A stretch of DNA of 61,405 bases, filler included, from Basidiobolus ranarum (Eukaryota), in the NCBI GenBank assembly GCA_040143965.1. It is 12 parts of 12 records of this genome, joined end to end, with 100 filler letters (N's around TTAATTAATTAA, not from the genome) between each part and the next. Parts side by side here need not be neighbours in the genome. Positions count along the whole stretch, not along the records: positions 10,281 to 15,318 come from JASJQH010001734.1; positions 15,419 to 20,451 come from JASJQH010001736.1; positions 20,552 to 25,582 come from JASJQH010001737.1; 9 more parts are not named here. One strand, 5' to 3'. Shown one piece after another: positions 12,733 through 25,682 of the stretch. The notes under the pieces are model-generated. The model saw only the letters and a list, made by a program, of their open reading frames with translations, did no database searches and was not told where the DNA came from. The translations under genes were made by a program, and so were the position numbers. Positions within the stretch are counted from its first letter, which is position 1; every line of letters begins with the position of its first letter.

Positions 12733-13775
12733 ATGTCTGATGATTTCCTACCTAAACGCAATTCTTCTCCAGCTAATCAGCCCTCACTAAATAAGGAGCG
12801 TACTACCTGGGAAGAGCTCCGAAAGCAAGCTCGTCTGATTGAAAATGACATTGACAATAAACTGTTGACTTACACCGAGCTAGCAAAAACCAGCAAAAAA
12901 AACTCTTCATCAGCTGAGTTGGAGTCTCAAGATGATAAACAAATCCGAAATGTAGAAAAAGATATTGAGACTTTATTAAACAAGGTATTTATCCAGTTCA
13001 AACATCTCGGTCATAGTATTTTATTAACGTTGTTATATATATAGCTTTCCAATATCGTTTCTACTATGGATTCCATCGTTAATGAAACTGAACAAAGCTC
13101 GGTGAATCCCTCTATGCTTCATCTTTTACAGAGACACAGGGATATTCTATACGACTACAACAAGGAGTTTAAGAAAACACAGGTATCCATATACAAATTA
13201 CCAATACACATTTAACAAAATAATCCTAAAATATACGTGAGTAGACCAATGTAGAGGCAACTAGAAGGCATCAAGAACTTTTAGGAGGCGCAAGGTAAAG
13301 TCAAACGCTCACAAACTCAAGCTTCCAAACTAACGATGTATTCTTTGCAAATAGTGGTACTCGGCAACATAACGATGAATTTGATCAGCTATTAGCAGAA
13401 CGTGAGCGCATCGATAATTCCAGTACTATGATTGATATGACCTTAGAGTAATTAGCTATACTTGGGCTTTATCAACTTTTTATGTCACTAACCTTCCACT
13501 TGTTTTAGACAAGCCTATAATACTCAAGACAGCTTGATTCAACAGAAAGGGATTATTGCTAATGCCAAACAACGAATGTCATCTGTTACTAGTATGTGTT
13601 CATCATTATTCTCGTAATACCTAATGCTATTATATTCATTCTCTTGACTCTAGACCAACTCCCAGGCATCAATTCACTCATTGGCAGAATCGGAAGGCGT
13701 AAACGTAGAGACACCATCATTATATCTTTTGTCATTGCCATTTGTCTGTTCCTCTTGCTCATGTATATATTTTAA
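12733..13775 (+). CDS. GOS1: Golgi SNARE Gos1/GOSR1 (multi-exon)
   Basis: WEELRKQARLIENDIDNKL, HLLQRHRDILYDYNKEF, C-terminal LPGINSLIGRIGRRKRRDTIIISFVIAICLFLLLMYIF*; GT-AG introns e.g. 12985-13044. Confidence 0.9.
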
Positions 13776-14078
13776 GCCTGAATCAGCAAAGATTGGGTAA
13801 AATCATTGATTCACAGAATATGTAAAACATACGATAAAATTTTGACTATTTGAGGATTTGACATTTGTTTACTATTCGTGTCCATCGTAGCCAATATATA
13901 AATATAATATGAAAAATAGTGTGACACGAGTTGGAGATTTTTTTGACCTTCGTGTCTCATCATTTTGGATTAGTAATTCAAGTTTCCTCTTTAGTTTCGC
14001 ATCATGAGTATTAATACTTGAAGTTTCCTAATAATTTTCTCATTCCTCTCGTACTTTGGTGATAAATTTGTTTCTGTT

Positions 14079-14618
14079 ATGGGGATAATTGAAGCGCTCG
14101 AAGAGAATGCTACCTCCTTTGTTATTAACGTCATACATGCTCTAAACGACCACGGACTTGACGTTAGTGAAAACGAAATGGACCATGTATGTTATAGAGT
14201 GGAGAGTATTCCCGAGTATGAAGACTGTAAGCGCGAACTAAGTAGTAGAGGAAGTTTGCTAATTGAGAACAATATCGGAGGTAGACCCATAGCCACCTTT
14301 AAGTTGAACTCTCCTATATTGGTAACCGATCCCGTATCGAAGAAAGTGCGTGAAATCAGTGTTATCGAGCTACCTTCACCCAAAACGGGCAGTTTCTACA
14401 AAACCGGCTTAGAACATGTGGAGTTCGTTATCACTGATAGTTTTGAGGAATTTATTTCCAAAAATGAAAAATTGACATTTTCTACCAAAGGCTCTTTCAA
14501 GCCTATTAATCCAGAAATTAGTTTGAAATTCAAGGAGTTAGGATTTTCTGTCAAATTTCATCATATGCCACTCGAGCAAGTAATTGAGTTAGAGAAAGCT
14601 GCTGAACAAATGGAATGA
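14079..14618 (+). CDS. yecM: YecM-like protein (VOC/glyoxalase-like fold), intronless
   Basis: Motifs DHVCYRV, LLIENNIGGRPIATFKL, IELPSPK, GLEHVEFV, VKFHHMPLEQVIELE match the bacterial YecM family. Confidence 0.85.
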   Translation: MGIIEALEENATSFVINVIHALNDHGLDVSENEMDHVCYRVESIPEYEDCKRELSSRGSLLIENNIGGRPIATFKLNSPILVTDPVSKKVREISVIELPSPKTGSFYKTGLEHVEFVITDSFEEFISKNEKLTFSTKGSFKPINPEISLKFKELGFSVKFHHMPLEQVIELEKAAEQME

Positions 14619-14942
14619 TATCTACAAGCTTCGTTAATAAAAATTATATTGGCCTCTCCTCCCTCCACACAAAACAGTAATTTGTTGCTTGGTACAGACG
14701 TCAATTTAGATGAAGAACCTTGATTTATTACAAATAATCCCTATGAATGTAAGCGATGACATAGGAAGTAAGAGTGAACATAGAAAGTGAATAAAGATAA
14801 GATGTAGCGAGACGGCATACTTTGAGCATCTTATATTTATAAACCTTGAATAGATTTAATTGCGAAAAGATGAAACTATGCCCGACACCACGTTGGAAAT
14901 CAATAAATATCAACTAGAAGGTCCATTCATGTCTATATTCAT

Positions 14943-15318
14943 TTATTCCCTCTCATCCTGTGGTACTGCGGCTTCAGTGCCTGCAAGTGGCTCGGTTTCT
15001 TCAGCTTTGGACTCTTCGTCCTTCTCGGCTTCTGAAATGAAATTATTTAGTATTCAAACTCTGAAATAGCGCCGTTAAGAATTAATTACCATCTTGCATG
15101 TCGGATGTCCAGAGGGTAAGGTTATCTCTCAACAACTGCATAATAAGTGTGCTGTCTTTGTAGGATTCCTCACTTAAGGTATCAAGCTCAGCAATAGCGT
15201 CATCAAATGCTTGTTTAGCAAGGTGGCAGGCGCGATCAGGAGAATTCAAGAGCTCGTAGTAGAAGACGGCGAAGTTAAGAGCAAGTCCAAGACGAATAGG
15301 ATGAGTTGGTGCAAGTTC
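14943..15318 (-). CDS. 14-3-3 protein, 3' part
   Basis: [69 protein letters not shown]; intron ~15032-15089; acidic tail ending QDERE*. Confidence 0.97.
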
Positions 15319-15418
15319 NNNNNNNNNNNNNNNNNNNNNNNNNNNNNNNNNNNNNNNNNNNNTTAATTAATTAANNNNNNNNNNNNNNNNNNNNNNNNNN
15401 NNNNNNNNNNNNNNNNNN

Positions 15419-15736
15419 ACCTTCCATGGAAGGTCACCTGATCATCCTTACATCATCCCTCTTTGTATCGGTACTTGTAGTCCCCAAACCCCCAACACTT
15501 GAACTTGCCACAGTATATTCCCTATTCAGTATATTATGTTTCATCCTGCAATATCTATGTAAGCCCCATGTATTCCTTGATCAGACTGAGGTCTGATCAA
15601 AGCCAGTTATCAATAAAGATTCTTACCCAAGTATCTTCCCTGTCCAGTCTTGTCTTTTGGTCTATACCCAAGTACTCTCCTGCCTTCTAGCCTCTTGTTG
15701 TTGTGTCCAGTCCTTGTCCAGTTCCTTATTGTTACA
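15419..15736 (+). mobile_element. LTR (3' part) inserted into a copia RNase H region
   Basis: Ends TTGTTACA, contains AATAAA, homolog of 1265-1603; directly abuts copia QPTVALSTTE. Confidence 0.7.
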
Positions 15737-16458
15737 GTTACAACCTACTGTAGCACTTTCAACAACAGAAACAAAATACATAGCTGCCTGTAAAGCAACA
15801 AAAGATGCAATGTGGTTAAGAAAAGTATTAACAGATTTAGGCTATTCTTGGAATTCACCAACTGCAATATGTCAAGATAATTAAGGTTGTATCAAACTGG
15901 CTAGAAGTCCTATGTTTCATACTGAAAGCAAATATATAGATATTAGACATCATATTACTACAGAGACTAAAGAGAATAAGTTTATTGGCTGGACTTATTG
16001 TTCTACAAAAGTCATGATTGCTGATATATTAGCCAAACCATTAGCTAAACAGAAATTTAAGAAATATGTACCTTCCTTAGGATTAGTTCATATGACTATT
16101 TAGTTAAGGGAGAGTATTGAATTTAGCATTGCCTAAACATCTATACAGTTGTATATAGCCTAGTACTTAGTTATCTTTTATTTCACTAAGATATTACTCA
16201 TTATTCTCAATCAGAATTTTCTTGGAATATTTGTGCCCACTTGGAAGTTCTCACATATATAAACTTTTCAAACTTGTGCTAGAAGCCCCAAACTTTGACA
16301 TTCTTTTGGGACCTTCCTAAACACATCTTACAGGTAGGAATGCTTACATCTTGACAAAACTATAAATGTCAACACTCAACTCAATAAACAATAAGTGAGA
16401 ATCACCAACTTTTCTATTTCTCCACACCACTTCCAACAGGCTCACAAATACTTTAATA
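15737..16458 (+). mobile_element. Ty1/copia RNase H relic with PPT and 3' LTR
   Basis: QPTVALSTTETKYIA, SKYIDIRHH, MIADILAKPL; AAGGGAGAG PPT; same family as 3115-3660. Confidence 0.88.
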
Positions 16459-18725
16459 TTATCCACTTTTGTCTTGGACCCAACATTTTTCTTGTTGAAT
16501 ACTGGCATATTTAACCTACAACAATACTTGATCCAAGATATATATGCAGCACAATCAAGCACTATCAAATGGAAAGAGTCCAATAGGGACAAAGGTAATA
16601 TAAAATAAGACTCTTGTGGTATTAGGAGTAGAGTATTGCCAACATAACAGCAGCATTCCTGGACCAGTTATAAATATAGATGGATTTACTGAGATGGTGA
16701 ATTTTTGTTGGTTCTACATTTCTTCATAGGTAGTTTTTGAGGTTGCATTTGTTCAAGAGTATCACAAATGTATGCTTGGCTAAAGATCCTGTCCAAGGAC
16801 CAGTTCACAATACCATGCTTTATCACCAAAAGCAAGCAATAGAAGATAACCTAATACCTGGTTGCCTTACAGAGGATTACTGACAATGATAAAAATATTT
16901 GGCTATGCAATGAACGATGCAAACACAGCCTAGGTACCCAAGTAAGAGGTAGCACTGATGCCATCCATATACAGATTGCCTCCACCTCAGTTTCCTGATT
17001 GATCTTTTAGTTAAAATGAGTATGAACCCTTATACTTCTGAGTATCTTCCTCCAAGTTATGTCTCAGAGCTGTCAAAGCCCTATGATGGTTTCTACTAAA
17101 GGGTGGATGCAACTATAAGAGAAACATACAAATGTGCTACGAGCATGAGAACTAGACTGTCTCCCTTCAATAGAATGGTGCTTCCTACGTAATTCTGAAG
17201 CTAACAAGGACATTTTTGATTTGAAGCCTGCAATGTAAATAGAAATTGGAACATATATATACATCAATTTAGTAGGTTCTGAAACCTCGCAACATTAGTC
17301 AATTCGTCTTACATCCAAATTGAGAATAATTTGAAGCCCGAGTTTCAGTATAGTAATTTAAAATGGGATAGGTTAGACACTCTTTCCGCAGATGAAGTAT
17401 TTTCTGCCAGCCACATTGCCTCAGAGAAAGCTCCATCAAAGCACTACAGCTTGGTCATGAATCCGTGACTGTCCCGAATAAATACCCTGAAAAACGCATT
17501 TGGCCATAGGTTTTTCGATATTGGCAAATAGGGAAGCTCTATCGGATGTCAAGATGCAACACCAATAACTCATCACAACAAACAGAATATGCGTATTTGA
17601 AGTCGGCTTTTTGAAATGGGAATGCGCCATACAGCAATTGCTAGTCTGAAAGGGTATGATTGAAGCCTAAAGACGCCAGTGCTTGAGGTTACTTGGGTAA
17701 GTTGCATCATGGAATAACCATGCCACGCATCATTTCAATACAGCAGGTTGATTCGAAGGAGAGTGAAATGATAAAGTAGGGGGATGAGAGAGAGGAAATG
17801 GAGCGTCTGTTCAATGCGATATTATACCTGGCCTAATGCAGATCACTTTTAAGATTCAGCGACATTGTATACACGACATCTCTACGAATGAGAGTTTGTT
17901 CTATTGTGTAGCGCGGCAACTGGCTTCTTGAGACTTGAATTTCGTAATAATGTTTGTTTCAGGGCTCTCGATGAGCTCATGCATGTACGCCTGGCAAGAC
18001 ATATTCCATCGATCCAATGTGATTTACAGGGGCTTGGACCCTAGTATTAGGCGCTAGACTCTCCAAGTGCATCCTTTATACTTATACAAAGAGATACTTT
18101 ATCATTTTTCGATCTTCACAGCGACTGTACGGTAATGCAAGGGATACACTCACACAACACTGTGCTACCAATCGAGTAATTTGGGACTCAACTGCGTGCT
18201 AGATGCCTATCCAATCATAACTGATAAATAGGCTGTTTAAGGTGCAATGAAATGGGTTCAAAGCTCGACTTTCCATTTGTCAGAGAATGTAATTCAACTG
18301 TAGTGCATACCAAATCACCGAAACGTGTTTGTTCAGTATATTTAAATAGTGGTATAAGATTGGTGTCGCCAAGCTCTGTTGAATGTGATCGTTTCCCCAG
18401 ACTGCATGGCGCATCAGAAATGCGTTAGAGAAGATCCACCATAGCATGGCGCTTGTAATATCTTTGATCAACTGAGAAGGGCTTCTCTTTGTATTTTAGT
18501 AGACTGAACGGTTCCCCATAATTCGGGGATATTTATGAGTGGTTTGGTTGTACATTTTGGAAATGGGTGGGTAAAAGTGGATATGGATGCGTGAGGTAGG
18601 ATGCTTGAAAATATTAAACAACCCTCTTAAAGAAGTAATACATGGAAATATGGAAAGTCAGAAATGGGTAATTGTACATATTTGATATAAAGATGATGGG
18701 AATCATGTTTGGGAATGAGAAAAGA

Positions 18726-19337
18726 TCATACTACGCTACTTGGTGTTCGGCGGTGTTTGTCGCTATAGGTACTTGGATACCCCCACCAACTCTTGGTCAT
18801 GCACTCAGAGTCCTTGGAATTACTTGTAATGTTAACGGTCCCTTGAGCGGGTGCAATTCCATTATCCTGTTTGCTATGTCTTAGGTATTGCTCGGCATAC
18901 AGCAGCCATTGTGTAAATTCTATCTCAGATACAAATAAATCAAACCCAATAGAAAAAAAAAACGAATGTTCGAATGTGTTAAGTTCGCTAAAATTAATCC
19001 CATAAATACGCGACCAGCTAGTATTGGTAAACGTATCATCCTCCAACATCTTGTGGGCCAGTATTATTGCCACTACAAACATATGACGCTCAAAACCAGT
19101 AATCTGAATCTGAGTATTTTTGGTTACTCGCTGAATGTATTTCAGTGCTAGTAAGAGCACTGACGGCGAGGCACCGCTGTTCAGCAGAACTTGCTCAATG
19201 GAGGCTCGAAAGCGTATGTCAAGTTGGGAACTTTCTACTTTACGATGCCACATATGAGTTACCATATTTGTGGCAAAAGTAGCAATTCTAGGGACAAAGC
19301 CAACGTGTGCGGTAGAAAATAGTTCTAGAGGAGTCAT
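18726..19337 (-). CDS. Pho80/Pcl-type (Clg1/Pcl5-like) cyclin
   Basis: Cyclin box SPSVLLLALKYIQR, MFVVAIILAHKMLEDDTFTNTSWSRI, ELNTFE, FDLFVSEIEFTQW; first ATG at 19337. Confidence 0.88.
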   Translation of the reverse strand: MTPLELFSTAHVGFVPRIATFATNMVTHMWHRKVESSQLDIRFRASIEQVLLNSGASPSVLLLALKYIQRVTKNTQIQITGFERHMFVVAIILAHKMLEDDTFTNTSWSRIYGINFSELNTFEHSFFFSIGFDLFVSEIEFTQWLLYAEQYLRHSKQDNGIAPAQGTVNITSNSKDSECMTKSWWGYPSTYSDKHRRTPSSVV

Positions 19338-20279
19338 GGGATTCTGGTTATATGGGTTGACGGAAAGTGAAGTGGAAACACGAGTTTGCAACGATTAGAG
19401 AAGTGAATAAACACGCTCGTAACGTATCCTTAAGATCAAAGGCCTGTATATATATCAATTTTTACGGTATGAGACCCTTTCTGGAAGCCCCTTTTATTGA
19501 GTGTGTCCTTTAGTCACTTAGAATGCCACGAATTAGGATCAAACCAGCATTTTTCAAGACCTCTCATTAATCATTTAGGGGTAGGGAACTTATGGTATAG
19601 AATAAGCAGTCAGTTTAATTTTCGTATCAAAGCAAACTTCGTTCATAATGGTTTCTCCAAATTTCCTTTTGCAATCAGCGACAGTGATTGGAAACTCTTC
19701 AAAATAAAGGTTTCTCGTTTGTCGCAGCAGAATTAATCCATCTTCTCTCTGAGCTGTATAAAATGTGGTTCACTCGGGTAGAAGTAGTCCTTACGCATGA
19801 ATCCTATAAGCTTTTCTTTGACAGGGTTGGGATCATTGCTATTTGCCATCTTGTTGGGGGTATTCACTTGGCTCCTGGAATACAGTCAATTCGGTTTTAT
19901 GATCGGATTGGGTGTAGCTCTTGAACTCTAGGTTTGAGGAGATCGTTCTAACTAGGCCGGTATTTCCTGCGCACATGAGGTCAGTTTGTTTCATTGTTAT
20001 TAATGCTGATAAAATGACGTGTAACCTTCTATGTAAGCAACAGGTTATGAGGTGTCCTTGGAGTGTTTTCTTTCAAGGTTGTGTATACTCAATATTCAGG
20101 CGATATAACCTGTATAATGGTGGATGAAGTTTCCCTTTGAACTGATTATAATTTTATTCTAGTAATTGTCAAATTAAAACTCGGCGAAATTTATAAAAGT
20201 GTTGTTAGACTATTGACATCATATCAAGAACTCGACGAAACATCTCTAATGCCCGGTGTGTAATATTCAAGTCGGCTGT

Positions 20280-20451
20280 TTAGATTGGAGATGCTTCAAT
20301 GATACTAACGGCACCTCTTAATTTCCATATCTTCTTCACTTGAAAGCTAGTAGCATTCAACAGGTTTTCGAAATCTTCTTGTACTCTCTCTTGTCCATTG
20401 AAAAGACATCTCATCAAAACATTCATTTGCTGTGCAAGTCTGTCAACGGGT
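20280..20451 (-). CDS. Class II O-methyltransferase C-terminus (cut by contig end)
   Basis: MNVLMRCLFNGQERVQEDFENLLNATSFQVKKIWKLRGAVSIIEASPI* matches the OMT C-terminal consensus (M..FNG.ER..EF..LL..AGF...SIIEA). Confidence 0.75.
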
Positions 20452-21550
20452 NNNNNNNNNNNNNNNNNNNNNNNNNNNNNNNNNNNNNNNNNNNNTTAAT
20501 TAATTAANNNNNNNNNNNNNNNNNNNNNNNNNNNNNNNNNNNNNNNNNNNNGGAATTTAAAGCATCATGCAATAAAGCTTGCTCATATAATTAAAAGTAA
20601 ACAATTTAGAAAATGAGATGCAAGCGTACTGTATGCACCCGTAAACTGATCGATTGATGATTACCGGGTTTATTAGACTATGCATGTCGCCCCAGATAGT
20701 CTTAATAGGGATGTGCATGGTATCGGTAAGGTGCATATAGAAGTTGGTGATTGGTAAGATTGCTCGTATGGAAATTGTTTCGTACGATTCAATACTTGGT
20801 TAAAATGTGTTTGTTCTTACAGTATTGGCATGCGTGTTCAATATCGGAATTTCATTGCAAAATGTTACGTGGATCCTCTTTGAGAGATAAGGCGGTCGAT
20901 CATTCATCAAAACAATAGTGCAAGTAGTGCAACAGAAAATAGATATATCTTTCAAGGGTCCAAATGATACCAGTTAGTCTCGATTTGCTTGGACCATTCC
21001 ACAGGAATACAACAGCCACCACGCCTTGATTTAGATCCTTCATGCATATGCCCGCTAATCTTGCTTGGCTCAGCGTTAAACAATATCGCGACTAGCTACT
21101 TATAAGTGTGGCATCATTTTTTTGTACTATGTAGAACTCGGCTTATTAGCCTGAAACCATCAAGTTCACGTTCACCATTAGGAACCCACTATTGTAATTA
21201 ATACAAGTTTTGTCCCCAGTGGGACTTATCTAGCCAGTACTTCTACAGAAACACCCAAACTATATGAGTAAGACCCAACCAAACATGTCAACATAGCCAC
21301 TCAAGCTGTCACACTTGTTTCTCAATATAGTATCTCCATTATTGAAAAAAAAACCTCATAAATGCTGGTTCCAAATGAACAATCCTTCTACTTGCACTGA
21401 AAGCCAACCAAAAGCCCCGAGTATTTCAGTAGCTTTACGTTAAAACCATTCGAAACCTATAACAATTACTGTCATTGCCTCGCACTCATCTTGATCCCTT
21501 AATCTTCGTCATTGATATCACCTCTTCTTAGGGTGCTCTTTAGTATTGGA

Positions 21551-22735
21551 ATGATTGCTTACGATCGTCTTTACGCTGGTGTTTTAATGGCTTCGGTCAC
21601 CTCAGCCTTGATCAATTTGCGTATTGTATTTGCAAACATTAGTATTATACGTACTAAAGCTGGTATTCTACACACCTTATCAAACCTACTGATTGTAGGT
21701 AAAATTCTTCATCATTTTGCGTTGACTGCGTTTGTACGGGGAGTTACAGCATTATTGCATCGATATTCATCATCCTTGTGATATTTAGGAGCAACCATCA
21801 CCAACATCACTGATGTTATTTTAGATGCCTTCCGTGGGAATTGTCAAACGCGCCTTTGGACTACTTGTGCGGCTATTCAACTTGCTAAAGTACTGAACCA
21901 TGTGATTTTGTTCTGGAGATGCGAGGCGGTTACCATGCATCATAAAATGGTTCGTTACCTCTTCGCCGTAGTAATCACCGTTCGTTTGATCACCACCAAT
22001 ACTCATTGCGGCCTTCTATCCGCTGGTAATGAGGTGGGCCTTGAAGGAAGAACAATGTGCATTTCCATCTTGGAGCCAATATCAACTCAGGTAAGCATGC
22101 GTTGCATATTTAGTTAAGTATCCCAGCATCAACTAACATGACGCGTTTAGATCACTATCGCAGTTGACGTCTTGACGGATATCGTGCTAACATGTCTATT
22201 CATGGTTAAAGTGAGTTAATCGATTCTTAAATTCTTAGTTACTTCAATGATGTCTTTCCTTGTACTTCCATAACTCTAACATACGTATGACACATTAGAT
22301 ATTTGAACATTCGAAAGCTGTTCGCCGTCATGTCCAACACGAATACTGGTTGCATTCATTATTCAAAGAATTTCTCTATGAGGCTGTTCCGATGTTGATT
22401 ATCTCGTACGTTTACCGACAAATACATAATTCTAGGATTGAGCATAGCGACTAATTACTCTCTTTTCTAAAAGATTTGTGTTGAATGTTTGCATATTTTC
22501 TGGTGTGTTAGGGCGCAATACTGAGATTCTAATCCATATCGATCTTATACTTCAACTGCGACTGGCTAACGATTTACTTGTTTTGAACCGACTTTCCCGA
22601 GCCAAAGAGTTGAGCCTAGGAGTTTCTGGAACTGGTGAGCCGGCTGGAGGGGGTATGGATGGTTTTGGGTGTGAGAGACGGCGTATGTCGACGGATTCTT
22701 TTCCCCTGAAAGCCAAGATGCCTGCAAATATGTAG
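21551..22735 (+). CDS. Multi-exon polytopic (about 7 TM) membrane protein, GPCR-like
   Basis: Splicing at GT-AG sites joins the hydrophobic segments LYAGVLMASVTSALINL, LWTTCAAIQLAKVLNHVILFWR, YLFAVVITVRLIT, ITIAVDVLTDIVLTCLFMVK, AVPMLIISFVLNVCIF, ILIHIDLILQL; first-intron boundaries uncertain. Confidence 0.7.
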
Positions 22736-25682
22736 CCTTGGCTCTTCGTATTGGTCAATATTGAATTCCCATCTTTCAAAAAGTGAAGACTTATTAGATT
22801 TGATGATTGTTTGTGTATTCCTACTATGTATTCCAAAATTGAACCGAACTACCAACATTTGATAAACAACATAGTGAAAGAACTGATGTGATGGACTGGT
22901 TCAATTAGTGTATGAATGTGAAATATTTGTTAGACATTGCGTAACAAGACAGTGGCTGTAATGGCCTGCTTTGCATGATCAAATTGATTAGCGTATTATT
23001 AAGATATTACAAAAGTTCCAACGTTACATCCTATTCCGGTTTTTCTCGGTTACTTCAATGTCTCAGTACTATTCACAGTGCAAGTAATAGCGGACAAACT
23101 TTTCGATCACTGGAAGCCACAAAATCATAAGGCCAATTGGCTGTTGATCTCTATTTGTTAATACCTGGAAATTGGTGCTGAACTGTAAGATATATCTTCA
23201 ACCAGTATCAAGTTATTCCCAGCCATCAGTTATACCCTGTGATGAGAAGAAAACACCTCGGGATTGCCTTCCATTCGCCAATAGCTTTTGTATGTGCCCG
23301 GGGCAAATCGTTAGTAGAATGTTCTTGATCCCATAGATGAGACATTTGCATGCGGCATTTCTTCAGTTACCGTGATCTAGCGTTCGGATTGACTACTTTA
23401 TTAGGATGATTTCAAAGCAATAACTGGATGGAAATCTATAAGATGTATTAGGTAACTATGGGTATCAAGAAACGTTGATTTGTGTTACATTAATTAAGCA
23501 ACAAGCACTTGCATTTTGTCTTTATTTGGATGGTGCTCGGAAAGTGTCACGTAGAACGGTTACATAAAAGAACACAGATCCAGCATATCCTTCGATGCAC
23601 TCTTGTTGCGAATTCTATAGGTCCACGTTCAAATTCAGTGAGACCATCTGTTTCAAGTCATGATGTATAACACGCTCTGCCTCGACTGATGTCTATCCTG
23701 ATTAACCATAGGACACCATACATGTGGTTGTTTCCCTTGCATTGTTGTGCCCAACGTTATTCCACACATAACGAGTGGGTTATTGTCAGTGAGGTGACGT
23801 TTGTAAAGGTATTCTTTCATTAGCTTATTCTTTGACTAGTTCCGATCAGAATGAATGTTACTATTAATAGTTAGTCCTATCTACGTAAGAGAAGGCATTG
23901 TTTCAAGATCTTCTGGAGGTACTGCACCAGTGTTGATTGTTTTGCCCCAAGCTGACGTAAAAGGATCTACATTCACTTTGTAAAACTGTCACAAGCCACA
24001 CGGAGGAGTCATCACCATCGGGTTGTTATCTATTTTCCCCATAATTTTCTGACGCATTTCTGGTGACACGGGCTTCTTTTACCTCCCCATTGCTACACAC
24101 GAAGATTACTGTCTCAATGAATGTCTTGGCAACAGACATATGTTTTCGTACCTACGAAGAGTAGGCAAAGTTTGTATACATTTTCAATCCATGTTTACTC
24201 TATACCCCAACCGATGAAGGCTGCCCCAACAACTATTCTGTGTAAATGGCGTAACTATTGAATTCATGTCCAGTTTAGTGCCCGATACGTTATTCTCCAC
24301 GAATGAACCACCTCACATTCCCATGATTGGAAGTGATTGATATTAATGCTGGGAGAATCACTTCCAATCTCGAGATTAACTCGCAGTTGTGATTACAAGA
24401 CTACAGAATTTGTTGCGCGCTTTCGAGCAGTTACAGGGATTAGGTAAAATAGTGATGTGTCACATATTTTTTTGAGCATTGTAGAGAGCATCGGTTTCCT
24501 ACTCATTACGGAGCTAGATGCTAGTAAATACTAGTTAGAACTGTCCCCTCCCAATAACGTAGTCACGTCATATGGCCAAGATATTAGTGATACTAGTATT
24601 TCATTTTAGTATGAAGTGAAACCTAGAGACTATGTTAATGGTATATTGGATTCATCCAGGAAGAGACTGGTGGAATTCTGCAACGCTTGAATTTCTTATT
24701 TATCCTGTAAATTTATCATCAATTTGGCAGGAAGTGTTAGTGGATTTTTTGAATATTGGAGAGTGAATAGGAATCTACATCCATATCTGATGCTGGTTAT
24801 CAGATGGGTATTACATTATTGAGGTATGTAATATGACTAATCAGAGCATCTTTGATACTGGTGAGCACACCATCCACAAGAATTACAAGTTGATTAATAA
24901 TTATTGTTGGGCTTTGTAGTTGATAGCATAGATAGTCATCAAGTTACTTTCATGATCTGCATATGTATCCAATAATCTGTAATATCCCTACTTGTCATTT
25001 GCAATGAAAATATTTATTATTACACGTTGAGATCAGGGCTGGGGAAGTGTGCAAGGCAAAAGACAACCATGGTGTATCTGTTTCATCACGTTTGTTCTGA
25101 TACGTGCTTGGGGGTTATGCACCTGTTGCAACAAAAAACATATTTTCACAACAGCACTCATCACATATGTAGTGTAACGCATTAGTCCTATACCATATAG
25201 ACTTTTTTTTCATCTGGCTGATCTCAAAGTCAAGTAAATCATGGACTTAAGGAAGTGCTATTCTCATGCTCTGCTTTGTTATATAGGAGATCAATAAAAC
25301 CCTTGTGATTTCTTGCACATTAACTTTATGAAGCCTAGTATCACTATGAATCATCAGAACCATATCAAATGCTCTTGTTGTGCACCAACATACAAAGTTG
25401 TTTAACTTACACCATATCTATACAACTTGCATGAATATCTGTTTAGTTTATCATTATCACTAACTAGTCACCTGACCTTATCCAGTGACTTTATCATGTG
25501 ACCTATCACCTGACTAACTATCTATTTGCTTATCCCTTCTATCAGATCATATGACCTATCACATGATCATTATCCAATCAGTNNNNNNNNNNNNNNNNNN
25601 NNNNNNNNNNNNNNNNNNNNNNNNNNTTAATTAATTAANNNNNNNNNNNNNNNNNNNNNNNNNNNNNNNNNNNNNNNNNNNN

